Source: Fusobacteriota bacterium (GTDB lineage Bacteria > Fusobacteriota > Fusobacteriia > Fusobacteriales > JBNJFI01). From it: a stretch of DNA of 16,502 nt. Numbering within the stretch: the first letter of the stretch is position 1; each line of letters starts with the position of its first letter. Both the position numbers and the translations under genes were made by a program. A model generated the notes under the pieces. The model was not told where the DNA came from and did not search any database. It was given only the letters and a program-made list of their open reading frames with translations. Of this stretch, positions 1 to 10,357 are shown one piece after another. Where the stretch lies: NCBI GenBank assembly GCA_051746725.1, contig JBNJFI010000045.1, positions 1-16,502 on the forward strand, given 5' to 3'.

Positions 1-48
1 TCATAATCTTATTTAATATATTAGATTTTTTGAATATATCATAATTAC

Positions 49-77
49 ATTATATACTATTTTATTAATTTTATCAA
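49..77 (-). promoter_or_regulatory. Putative sigma70/sigmaA promoter for a gene beyond the left edge
   Basis: Minus strand reads TTGATA (77-72), 17-nt spacer, TATAAT (54-49), just downstream of the coaE stop. The AT-rich background raises the chance of a spurious match. Confidence 0.55.
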
Positions 78-82
78 AATAT

Positions 83-679
83 TTATATATTATTCTTGAT
101 TTTTTCCATAATTAATTTTATTTCAAAAAAGAGTTCTTCAAATGTACCATTATTATTTATTATATAATCAGATTTTTTTTTCTTTTTTTCTAATGACATT
201 TGAGATTCGATCATATTTTTAGCTAACTTTTTTGAAATTCCATCTCTTTTTTCTAATCTTTTTAACTGGTTCTCTTTAGAGCAACTTACCAATAAGACTT
301 TATCAACTTCACTTTGAAAATCTACTTCAAATAATAAAGGCATATCAACTATTATTAACTCTTTTAACTCTTTATATTTTTTTATTTTATTTCTTACTTC
401 ATCCAAAATAGCTGGATGAGTAATATTATTTAAATTTTGCAGTTTTTTTTCATCTGAAAATACAATTTTTCTTAATTTTTTTCGATTTATATTACCATTT
501 TTTTTATTAATTATTCTATCTCCAAAATCATTTTTAATTTTTTGTATAATTTCATATTTTTGTGTTATGTTTTTTGCAATCATATCCACATCGATAATTT
601 TAACATCATAATTTTCATCTATCATTTTTGTCACTGTAGATTTTCCCGTGGCTATTCCACCTGTTAAACCTAATATCAT
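83..679 (-). CDS. coaE: Dephospho-CoA kinase
   Basis: 198 aa. N-terminal P-loop GLTGGIATGKST, IIDVD, LNNITHP, DMPLLFE, RDG and SQM motifs, C-terminal DYIINNNG. Confidence 0.96.
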   Translation of the reverse strand: MILGLTGGIATGKSTVTKMIDENYDVKIIDVDMIAKNITQKYEIIQKIKNDFGDRIINKKNGNINRKKLRKIVFSDEKKLQNLNNITHPAILDEVRNKIKKYKELKELIIVDMPLLFEVDFQSEVDKVLLVSCSKENQLKRLEKRDGISKKLAKNMIESQMSLEKKKKKSDYIINNNGTFEELFFEIKLIMEKIKNNI

Positions 680-733
680 ATCTTATCATCCCCATTTTCT
701 AAAATTATTAACCAGAGTATAAACTACATAAGC

Positions 734-761
734 AAAAAAGAGGGGGAATCCCCTCTTTTTT
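734..761 (-). terminator. Intrinsic terminator of the atp operon, potentially bidirectional
   Basis: Perfect 12-bp inverted repeat AAAAAAGAGGGG-gaat-CCCCTCTTTTTT, giving a U6 tract on either strand. It overlaps the atpC stop codon (760-762). Confidence 0.88.
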
Positions 762-1161
762 AATTTGAACCTAATTCTATTTTCTTTATACTCTCTTTTA
801 AAGAGTGTTGAGTTGCTGCAATTTCTCGATCTTCCTTTAGTTTTTTTAATTTAGCTTCATGTTCAGATTTTTTCTTTTTAGCTCTTTCAACATCAATTTT
901 ATCAGCTTCAATAGCTTCATCTGCTAAAATTTTTACTTTTTCTGGAGTTACTTCTAAAAATCCACCAGAAATATAATATTTTATCTCTTTATCAGATTCA
1001 TCTTTAATTATCATCTCTCCTACATCCAAAGAAGTTAGTAATGGAGCATGATTTGCCATTATCCCTATATCTCCTTCAATAGTTCTAGCTATAATCATCT
1101 TAGCTTCATCTTTATATTCTACATTTTGAGGGGTAATTATCTCAAAATCAAAAGTCGCCAT
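760..1161 (-). CDS. atpC: F1Fo ATP synthase epsilon subunit
   Basis: FEIITP, EGDIGIMANHAPL, SGGFLEV, ILADEA, IDVERA. Last gene of the atp operon. Confidence 0.96.
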   Translation of the reverse strand: MATFDFEIITPQNVEYKDEAKMIIARTIEGDIGIMANHAPLLTSLDVGEMIIKDESDKEIKYYISGGFLEVTPEKVKILADEAIEADKIDVERAKKKKSEHEAKLKKLKEDREIAATQHSLKESIKKIELGSN

Positions 1162-1163
1162 TA

Positions 1164-2594
<1,431 letters not shown>

Positions 2595-3461
2595 CTACTT
2601 CATTGCCTCTGCTCCTGCAGCTATTTCAGAAATTTCTTGAGTTATAGCACTTTGTCTTGCTCTATTATATGAAAGTGTTAAATCTGAAATCATATCTTCG
2701 GCATTATCAGAAGCACTTTTCATTGCTCTCATTCTTGCAGCATGTTCACTTGCTGTAGACTCAAGTAATGATTGATATATATATATATTTAAATATTTCG
2801 GAATTAATATATCTAAAATAACTTCTTCTGAAGGTTCAAAAATATATTCATTTTTTATCTTATCTTCATCAGATTGTGATCTACTCATTGGTATCAACTG
2901 TTCTATCTTTAATTCTGATTCAATTGCAGAAATAAATTTCGAATAAATTATATGAACTTCATCAAATATATTTTCATGATAAAACTCAACTATATTTTCA
3001 CTTATAGTTTTTGCTTTATCAAACATTGTCTCTGGAACAAGTTGAATATACTCAGCTTTCATATTTAAGTCTTTTTTTCTACAATAGTTTCTAACAGTTT
3101 TTCCCACAGCAATTATAGCTATATCTTTATCTTTATTATTTTCTCTAAAGCTTTCTAGTCTACTTAAAACATTATTATTAAATCCTCCACATAGACCTCT
3201 ATCCGAGGCAACAACTATAACTCCAACCTTTTTTGAATTATCTCTTCCTTCAAATAGAGGATGATGTTCATGTTTTGCTTTTTGGGAAATATCATCTAGT
3301 ATCTCATCTAGATTTTCAGAATAAGGTCTAGAATTCAACACTAATTTATTGAATTTTTTAAACTTAGAAGATGAAACCATCTCCATTGCTTTTGTTATTT
3401 TATGAGTATTTTTAACACTTTTTATTCTACTCTTAATTTCTCGCATGTTTCCACCAGCCAT
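2595..3461 (-). CDS. atpG: F1Fo ATP synthase gamma subunit
   Basis: KITKAMEMVS, SDRGLCGGFN, SEHAARMRAM, NRARQSAITQEISEI. Confidence 0.99.
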   Translation of the reverse strand: MAGGNMREIKSRIKSVKNTHKITKAMEMVSSSKFKKFNKLVLNSRPYSENLDEILDDISQKAKHEHHPLFEGRDNSKKVGVIVVASDRGLCGGFNNNVLSRLESFRENNKDKDIAIIAVGKTVRNYCRKKDLNMKAEYIQLVPETMFDKAKTISENIVEFYHENIFDEVHIIYSKFISAIESELKIEQLIPMSRSQSDEDKIKNEYIFEPSEEVILDILIPKYLNIYIYQSLLESTASEHAARMRAMKSASDNAEDMISDLTLSYNRARQSAITQEISEIAAGAEAMK

Positions 3462-3497
3462 TATTTCACCTCTTCCTAGGAAAACATTTTAAATAAT

Positions 3498-5009
3498 TTA
3501 TTCTACTGAAAAACCTTCTGTAAAGTCTTCTAAAGCATCTTTTAATTTAGATTCCATTTCATCATCTACTTTTCCTTTATCTAAAATTTCATCCAACAAA
3601 TCTTGATGCTCTCGTCCCATATATTCTATTAATTTTTCTTCATAATCTTTTACTTTATCTACATCTATTTCATCTAAATAACCATTTATCACAGCAAAGA
3701 AAGAAACTACTTGATGTTCAACTGCTAAAGGACTATATTGATTTTGTTTTAATATTTCTCGTATTCTTCGCCCTCTTTCCAATTGTGCTTTTGTAGTTTT
3801 ATCTAGGTCTGAACCAAACTGAGTAAATGCTTCTAATTCTCTAAATTGAGCTAATTCTAACTTGATTTTAGAAGCAACTTGTTTCATCGCTTTTATCTGA
3901 GCATCTCCCCCAACTCTTGATACAGATACCCCTGCATTTATAGCTGGTCTGAAACCAGAATTAAACATATCTGTTTCTAAGTATATTTGACCATCTGTTA
4001 TAGATATTACATTTGTTGGTACATAAGCCGATACATCTCCTGCCTGTGTTTCAACTATTGGTAAAGCAGTTAGTGAACCTGCACCCAACTCATCGCTAAG
4101 CTTTGCTGCTCTTTCTAATAATCTTGAATGTAAGTAGAATACATCTCCTGGATATGCTTCCCGTCCAGGTGGACGTCTTAATAATAATGATATCTCTCTA
4201 TATGCAACTGCATGTTTAGATAGATCATCATAGACTATTAAAGCATGTTCTCCTTTATCCATAAAATATTCGGCCATTGCACAACCAGAATACGGAGCTA
4301 TATATTGTAATGGAGCTGCCTGTGCTGCTGTTGCAGAAATGACAGTTGTATATTCCATGGCACCAAAATCTTCTAACTTTTTAACAAGTTGTGCTACTGT
4401 TGATTTCTTTTGCCCTATAGCCACATAAAAACATTTAACATCTTTTCCTTTTTGGTTTAATATGGTATCTATAGCTACTGCTGTTTTTCCAGTTTGTCTA
4501 TCTCCAATTATAAGCTCTCTTTGCCCTCTTCCTATTGGGATCATACCATCTATAGCTTTTATCCCTGTCTCTAATGACTCATGGACTGATTTTCTTTCTA
4601 TTATCCCATGTGCCTTTCTTTCTACAGGTCTTTTTTCTTTTGCTTCTAATTCTCCCTTACCATCAATTGGCTGTCCTAGAGAATTAACAACTCGACCTAA
4701 TAATTCTTCTCCCACTGGAACTTCTGTGATTTCACCAGTAGAACGTACTGTATCTCCCTCTTTAAGCTGAGTATAGTCTCCTAAAATTACTGCTCCTACA
4801 TTATTTTCTTCTAAGTTTAAAACCATCCCTTTGATTCCATTTGGAAATTCTAATAACTCTCCAGACATAGCTTTTTCTAAGCCATAAATTCTAGCAATCC
4901 CATCTCCAACTTCTATAACTGTTCCTACATTTTTTATATCTAATTTTTTTTCATAATTTTCTATTTCATTTTTAATTATACCACTTACTTCTTCGGGTTT
5001 TATCCTCAT
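3498..5009 (-). CDS. atpA: F1Fo ATP synthase alpha subunit
   Basis: [38 protein letters not shown]. Confidence 0.99.
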   Translation of the reverse strand: MRIKPEEVSGIIKNEIENYEKKLDIKNVGTVIEVGDGIARIYGLEKAMSGELLEFPNGIKGMVLNLEENNVGAVILGDYTQLKEGDTVRSTGEITEVPVGEELLGRVVNSLGQPIDGKGELEAKEKRPVERKAHGIIERKSVHESLETGIKAIDGMIPIGRGQRELIIGDRQTGKTAVAIDTILNQKGKDVKCFYVAIGQKKSTVAQLVKKLEDFGAMEYTTVISATAAQAAPLQYIAPYSGCAMAEYFMDKGEHALIVYDDLSKHAVAYREISLLLRRPPGREAYPGDVFYLHSRLLERAAKLSDELGAGSLTALPIVETQAGDVSAYVPTNVISITDGQIYLETDMFNSGFRPAINAGVSVSRVGGDAQIKAMKQVASKIKLELAQFRELEAFTQFGSDLDKTTKAQLERGRRIREILKQNQYSPLAVEHQVVSFFAVINGYLDEIDVDKVKDYEEKLIEYMGREHQDLLDEILDKGKVDDEMESKLKDALEDFTEGFSVE

Positions 5010-5029
5010 CTAGGTCTCGACACCTCCTA

Positions 5030-5560
5030 TTATAAATTTGACCTCAACATTTCAAACTGTCTTTTCAGCGACCCATCAATTATCTGATCACCTATTTTAA
5101 GAATTCCTCCACCTAATATAGATTCATCTACTTTTAGGTTCAATTCTATCTGTTTTGAAGTCATCTTTTTTAATTTTTTGATTAATCTTTCTTTTTGATC
5201 TTCATCTAAATCTGTAGCAAATATTGCTTCAACTTCTTCTATTCCTTCTGCCTCTTGATATAATTTTAAATACTGATCTGTTATTTGTTCTATATACATA
5301 AACCTTCCCTTATCTATAATATAATTTACAAGGTTTAAAGTTTGAGAATCAAACTTAGATTTAAAAATACCATTAATCAGTTTTTTCTTTTCTTGTTTTG
5401 TTACTTCTGGATGATCCAAAATCCCAGAAAACTCTTCATTTTCCTTATATAGCTCTATCAGAGATTTTAACTCTTCATAAACTGTCATAACTATATCTTT
5501 TTCTTTGGTTAAATCATACATTGCCTGGGCATATCTATCCCCTATTTTGTTTTGGGTCAT
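5030..5560 (-). CDS. atpH: F1Fo ATP synthase delta subunit
   Basis: RYAQAM N-terminus and VDESILGG...IGDQIIDGSLK C-terminus. 4-bp ATGA overlap with atpF. Confidence 0.96.
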   Translation of the reverse strand: MTQNKIGDRYAQAMYDLTKEKDIVMTVYEELKSLIELYKENEEFSGILDHPEVTKQEKKKLINGIFKSKFDSQTLNLVNYIIDKGRFMYIEQITDQYLKLYQEAEGIEEVEAIFATDLDEDQKERLIKKLKKMTSKQIELNLKVDESILGGGILKIGDQIIDGSLKRQFEMLRSNL

Positions 5561-6060
5561 TCTGAATCACCTATCTCACTTATAAAATCATTAGCTAACT
5601 CTTTTTCTGTATTTTTATCAATTGATCTTTTTATCATTTTTTCAGCCAACTTAATAGCTATTTCAGTCATTTCTGACCTCAACTCTTTTTTGGCTTGCAT
5701 TTTCATGTTTGCTATATCTGTTTCTGCTGCTTTTATCATCTTTTCTCTGACCTGGTGAGCTTCTTTTAATATTTTATCTTTTTCTGCTTCACCTTTTCTT
5801 ATGGATTCTGTAATTCGCTCTTGACTTTTTCTTTTGCTTTCTTTTATTAGTCTTTCAGCCTCATCCATCTTCTTTTGAGCTTCTGTTTTGGTCTTTTCAG
5901 CATTGTTTAATTTATCTTCGATTCCTTTTCGTCTCTTTTCTAAAAAATCCCCTATTGGCGTAAGTAAAAACTTTTTAAATATAAACATTAGTACTACAAA
6001 GTTAAGAATTTGCCATACTATGGTTATATCTATCGAAACAACGGGCATATTTGTAGGCAC
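5557..6060 (-). CDS. atpF: F1Fo ATP synthase b subunit
   Basis: N-terminal TM helix WQILNFVVLMFIF followed by a charged coiled coil. GTG start with AAGGAGG RBS. Operon position fits. Confidence 0.95.
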   Translation of the reverse strand: MPTNMPVVSIDITIVWQILNFVVLMFIFKKFLLTPIGDFLEKRRKGIEDKLNNAEKTKTEAQKKMDEAERLIKESKRKSQERITESIRKGEAEKDKILKEAHQVREKMIKAAETDIANMKMQAKKELRSEMTEIAIKLAEKMIKRSIDKNTEKELANDFISEIGDSE

Positions 6061-6154
6061 TATAGTTCCTCCTTTCTAAAAATACTTTATGATAATAGAA
6101 AGTTATATTTATCCTTCATTTATCTTTTTTTTAATTCTCTTTAACTATTTCTTA

Positions 6155-6445
<291 letters not shown>

Positions 6446-6460
6446 CTAATTTTTTGTTTT

Positions 6461-7240
6461 TTATACAACTTCTTTTTCTGCATCTCCAACTGCTGTTATA
6501 AGGTATACCATTGTTAACATTGTAAATATAAAACTCTGTATTAAACCTGAAAATATATCAAAATACAGATGTAATGGAGCTGGTAATATTGCTGGAGCAA
6601 ATTTATATAATAACCCCATAATTACTAGACCACCAAACATATTTCCAAAAAGTCTCATGGATATATTTACTGGTTTTGCTATCTCTCCTATAATATTTAT
6701 AGGTAACATAAATGGTACTGGTTCTACTAAACTCTTTAAATAACCTAAAAATCCATTTAGACCAATTGCTGTAACTAAAACATAAGCAAATGATATCAAT
6801 GCTAAACCTACTGGCGTATTTAAATCAGAAGTTGGTGTGGAAAATGCTGATTCAATTATATATTTTCCATTTTCTGCACTTATCCATGGTATTGGAAAAA
6901 AACTTATTGTATTTGCTAAAAATAAATAAGTTACCAAAGTTGCTATAAATGTCAAATATGTGGATTTCCACTCCCCTAATACACTTTCAGTAAGCCAATC
7001 ATGAAAATCATATAAAACTTCAAAAATTGCTTGCCTTTTAGAAGGAACATCTTCTAATTTTCTTGTTCCCCACCAAAATAAAACGGCAAAAAATATCATA
7101 ATAAACCATGTTGTCGTTACTGTTTCAGATATCGGTAATGGTTCTTCTCCTAATGGATTGGGTATCCTAAACATTATCTCAGGACCTGTAACAATCTTTT
7201 CAGGAGAAAAAAATGTAAACTTAATACCAAAAAGCTCCAT
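6461..7240 (-). CDS. atpB: F1Fo ATP synthase a subunit
   Basis: Hydrophobic. PTSDLN, GEIAKPVNISMRLFGNM with the essential Arg, IQSFIFTML. Confidence 0.97.
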   Translation of the reverse strand: MELFGIKFTFFSPEKIVTGPEIMFRIPNPLGEEPLPISETVTTTWFIMIFFAVLFWWGTRKLEDVPSKRQAIFEVLYDFHDWLTESVLGEWKSTYLTFIATLVTYLFLANTISFFPIPWISAENGKYIIESAFSTPTSDLNTPVGLALISFAYVLVTAIGLNGFLGYLKSLVEPVPFMLPINIIGEIAKPVNISMRLFGNMFGGLVIMGLLYKFAPAILPAPLHLYFDIFSGLIQSFIFTMLTMVYLITAVGDAEKEVV

Positions 7241-7243
7241 CTC

Positions 7244-7624
7244 CTACCTCCTTTCTATTAAAGTTTTTATGTAGTTTTTCAATTGAAACCATATTATTAT
7301 AAACTTAACTAAAAACACACCTAGAGTTGCCGATAAAAAATGCGCCATATCTATATTTATCATCACTCCTAAGAGAATAACAACTAATAAAAATCTTTTT
7401 AAATAATAAGTTAATGCATATCTAAAGGTATGATTTTCCTGTTTTAAGGCTTTTTTAGTATCTCTGATTAATATTAAAAAATTTATAATAGAAATAACTG
7501 CTCCACTGGTAAATCCAATATATACTGATTTTTCTTGAATTAAAAATCCATACAAAAATACTAATACGGTTATAATTCCTGCTCTTTTTATTATTTTTTT
7601 AAACAATTTATCCAATAATATCAT
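7244..7624 (-). CDS. atpI: ATP synthase protein I
   Basis: 126 aa, about 4 TM helices, G-x4-S-x2-NF and YYLKRF motifs, immediately upstream of atpB. Confidence 0.85.
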   Translation of the reverse strand: MILLDKLFKKIIKRAGIITVLVFLYGFLIQEKSVYIGFTSGAVISIINFLILIRDTKKALKQENHTFRYALTYYLKRFLLVVILLGVMINIDMAHFLSATLGVFLVKFIIIWFQLKNYIKTLIERR

Positions 7625-7637
7625 ACCCCTAATTTAG

Positions 7638-7671
7638 AATTTTGTCAATATAATTTCACAAAATTATATTG
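7638..7671. promoter_or_regulatory. Two overlapping palindromes in the atpI leader (candidate operator)
   Basis: AATTTTGTCAA-tataat-TTCACAAAATT (7638-7665, one mismatch) and perfect 11-bp CAATATAATTT-caca-AAATTATATTG (7646-7671). Confidence 0.45.
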
Positions 7672-7744
7672 TATTCTCTGTAATATTTAAATCAAAAAAG
7701 TGTTTCTACTAAAAAAATTCACATGTTTTTAAAATTATACCTTT

Positions 7745-7773
7745 ATTTTAACACTTTTAATAATAAATTTCAA
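7745..7773 (-). promoter_or_regulatory. Putative sigma70 promoter of atpIBEFHAGDC with extended -10
   Basis: Minus strand TTGAAA (7773-7768), 17-nt spacer ending TGT, TAAAAT (7750-7745), within the 166-bp atpZ-atpI gap. Confidence 0.55.
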
Positions 7774-7790
7774 TTTATAATTAAAATTTA

Positions 7791-7997
7791 TTATTCTTTA
7801 AATATTAATCGATACACAGAATAACCACCTCCAAACAATCCAAATAAAATGCAAATTAGAAATATAAATATATTCTCTCCTAAAAGAATTTCTAACCCCT
7901 TATAAACTAATAATCCAAAAGCCATATTGAGAAGTATTACTAATCCTGCTCCACCTAATAATCCGAAATATTTAAACATATCTTTCATTTCATTCAT
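7791..7997 (-). CDS. AtpZ/AtpI family (ATPase gene 1-like) small two-TM protein
   Basis: 68 aa, two hydrophobic helices, C-terminal [15 protein letters not shown] pattern, upstream of atpI. The start overlaps the deaminase stop by 8 bp with GAGGT upstream. Confidence 0.75.
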   Translation of the reverse strand: MNEMKDMFKYFGLLGGAGLVILLNMAFGLLVYKGLEILLGENIFIFLICILFGLFGGGYSVYRLIFKE

Positions 7998-8433
7998 ATA
8001 TTTCTACCTCTATTCTTGCTTCTTTTAATAATTTTAAAGCTAATTCATCTGGATAGGGATTTTTGTATATAATTTTTTCTATTCCTGAATTTATAATTAA
8101 TTTTGAACATGTTATACATGGCTGATTAGTTACATAAATAGTTGCCCCCTCTAAGCTTATTCCAAATTTCGAAGCTTGTATCAATGCATTTTGCTCTGCG
8201 TGTATTCCTCTGCATAACTCCTGTCTTTCTCCAGAAGGTATATTCATTTTATCTCTCAAACAACCTATATCTAAGCAATGATCCAGTCCCGAAGGAGCAC
8301 CATTATATCCTGTTGTTAAAATTCTATTTCTTCTTACAACTATGGCTCCAACCTTTCTTCTAAGACAAGTCGAACGAGTTGCAACCTTTTCTGTTATATC
8401 CATAAAGTATTGATTCCAGTCTGGCCTTTTCAT
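7990..8433 (-). CDS. dCMP deaminase / ComEB-like cytidine deaminase family protein
   Basis: [25 protein letters not shown], zinc motifs HAEQNA and PCITC. GAGGAG RBS. Confidence 0.93.
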   Translation of the reverse strand: MKRPDWNQYFMDITEKVATRSTCLRRKVGAIVVRRNRILTTGYNGAPSGLDHCLDIGCLRDKMNIPSGERQELCRGIHAEQNALIQASKFGISLEGATIYVTNQPCITCSKLIINSGIEKIIYKNPYPDELALKLLKEARIEVEIYE

Positions 8434-8512
8434 TTATTATCTCCTCTTTTATTTAAGATAGTTTCAAAATAATTTTATTATCACTCTTTTTTGAAAAAAC
8501 TCTTTTATCTTT

Positions 8513-10198
8513 TTATTTTCCTTCTTTCATTTTAACTGTTTTGCCATCAAAAACAATTCCTATTTTTTTAATTTCTTTGATTCCCATTTCCTCTAAATCC
8601 TTTGAGTATCTTTTTTCTTCTATTTGGTCCAGAGCTAATTTTAAAGCCTCATCTAAACTCTCTTTTTTTCTCTTCTTTTTAAATTCAAATATTATCCCTC
8701 TTTTATTTTTATCTTTTGGAATTAACATTACATCATATCTTCCATATCCACTCTCTCTATTTGACTTTATTATATAAGAATCTCTTAATTTTATCATTAA
8801 TCCCAATACAAAAGCATGATAGAATTTTTCAGATTCACTTTCTCCAACATCAAAATAACTGAATGCATTTTCCACATAATCACAAAAGATCTCTTCAAAT
8901 ATATCTAATTCTCCCTCTATCAAACTTTTTAACATATATTTTTCATCTTGTCCAGACATATTTTCATCAAACCAATTTGATATTATCTTATTATATAAAG
9001 TTTTTATTTCTATATTAGGAATGCTTAAATCTCCAATTAAGTCCATCTGGGTAACATCATATTTTATATTATCTGCTTTTAAGTACCCACTGAATAAAAG
9101 AAAACTCCATATAGTATCTTCAGTATTTTCTATCTCGTTGAAAACTATATTTTCATATATACTTTTCCTAATAACTCCACCCTTTAATAATGTTTCCATA
9201 CCCTTTTTAATTCCTTCACCTGCATGTGTTAATAATCTTTTTATTATATCATTGCTGCTTGTATTCACCCAATATGGCTGCAGTAAATCACTTTTAACAA
9301 AATTTATTATGGACCAGGGATTATATGTTACTCTTCCTCCAAATATATATCCATTATACCAATCTTTTACATTTTCTAATTCCTCTTTAATTTCAAAATA
9401 CTCTAATATATCTTCTACTTCTTTTTCTTCTAATCCAAACCATTTAGAATATTTTTTCCCTAATAAAGAGCAAACCTCTAAGTTATTCAGACCACTAAAT
9501 ATACTTTCTTTTGAAATTCTAAGTATACCAGTTAATACAGATTTTTCTAAATAATCATTATCTTTTAATCCACTACTTAAAAAATTTCTCATAAAATTAA
9601 CTACTTTTTCATAGTAACCATTTATATATCCAGCTTGAATAGACATGTCATACTCATCTATTAACACTATTATTTTTTCATTATGGTATTTATAAAGATA
9701 TTCCATTAGCTTCCCTAGACTGTTTTCATAATCTGCTTTTGAGCCCTCTTCCATAAGAATTTTTTTATATTTTATTTTTTCAAGCTCTCCTAAAAGATTG
9801 CTTTCCAATAAATACTCATGATTATAATACTCACTACTTATTAATGTCTTTATTTTTGATATACAGCTCTCCCAATCCATCTCCTTTATATCTTTAAAAC
9901 TAAATGTTATTACAGGATATTTTCCCTGTAACTCCATTATTTCTTTTTCTTTTGATATTTTAAGATTTTTGAAAAGATATTTTTTACTCTCATCATCCTT
10001 TCTAAAAAAGTACTTTAACATAGATAGATTTAGAGTCTTTCCAAAACGCCTTGGTCTTGGCATAACTAATATTTTTGAGCCATCTTCTGCTAATTCTTTT
10101 ATAAATAGTGACTTATCTACATAATAATAATCTCTCTCTATCATTTCCTGAAAATTACTAAGACCTATTGGTAACATCTTCTTTTTTGTTTTTATCAA
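8513..10198 (-). CDS. AAA-ATPase-like protein with C-terminal PD-(D/E)XK nuclease-like domain (AAA-ATPase_like + PDDEXK_9 architecture)
   Basis: LPIG...YYVDKS, Walker A RPRRFGKT, Walker B VLIDEYD, WYNGY..YNPWS, YWVNTSSN, C-terminal SNRESGYGRYD...IIFEFK. The ORF is open from 10225, but TTG at 10198 follows a GGGGTTG RBS-like run and gives the family-typical N-terminus. The start is uncertain. Confidence 0.9.
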   Translation of the reverse strand: MIKTKKKMLPIGLSNFQEMIERDYYYVDKSLFIKELAEDGSKILVMPRPRRFGKTLNLSMLKYFFRKDDESKKYLFKNLKISKEKEIMELQGKYPVITFSFKDIKEMDWESCISKIKTLISSEYYNHEYLLESNLLGELEKIKYKKILMEEGSKADYENSLGKLMEYLYKYHNEKIIVLIDEYDMSIQAGYINGYYEKVVNFMRNFLSSGLKDNDYLEKSVLTGILRISKESIFSGLNNLEVCSLLGKKYSKWFGLEEKEVEDILEYFEIKEELENVKDWYNGYIFGGRVTYNPWSIINFVKSDLLQPYWVNTSSNDIIKRLLTHAGEGIKKGMETLLKGGVIRKSIYENIVFNEIENTEDTIWSFLLFSGYLKADNIKYDVTQMDLIGDLSIPNIEIKTLYNKIISNWFDENMSGQDEKYMLKSLIEGELDIFEEIFCDYVENAFSYFDVGESESEKFYHAFVLGLMIKLRDSYIIKSNRESGYGRYDVMLIPKDKNKRGIIFEFKKKRKKESLDEALKLALDQIEEKRYSKDLEEMGIKEIKKIGIVFDGKTVKMKEGK

Positions 10199-10357
10199 TA
10201 TACTCAACCCCATTTTTATTGTCATTCAAAATTGTCAGTCAAAATAGAAAAAGCAAGAGTATTAATTGCATATCTTTTTCAACTTCCCTATTTATTTTTA
10301 TATTTATAATATAATTAACATGTCTGTAACACATATTTTAGTCTATTTAATTTCACT

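Noticed and set aside
172..510. Poly-T runs in coaE as slippage sites
   Set aside because: They are Lys codon runs on the coding strand and the reading frame is intact and full length.
2775..2788. (AT)7 microsatellite in atpG as a phase-variation tract
   Set aside because: It is in frame, encodes part of NIYIYQ in a core gene, and is expected in AT-rich DNA.
8434..8512. Loose inverted repeats and repeated AAAAGAG downstream of the AAA gene as a terminator or insertion scar
   Set aside because: The stems are short, AT-only and interrupted, and no matching repeat was found on the other side of the gene.
7990..10225. AAA-nuclease plus deaminase as a two-gene antiphage nucleotide-depletion system
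   Set aside because: The deaminase is a short single-domain ComEB/dCMP type without the kinase-like domain of defensive dCTP deaminases. It has its own RBS and is coupled to the atpZ-like gene, which suggests housekeeping context.
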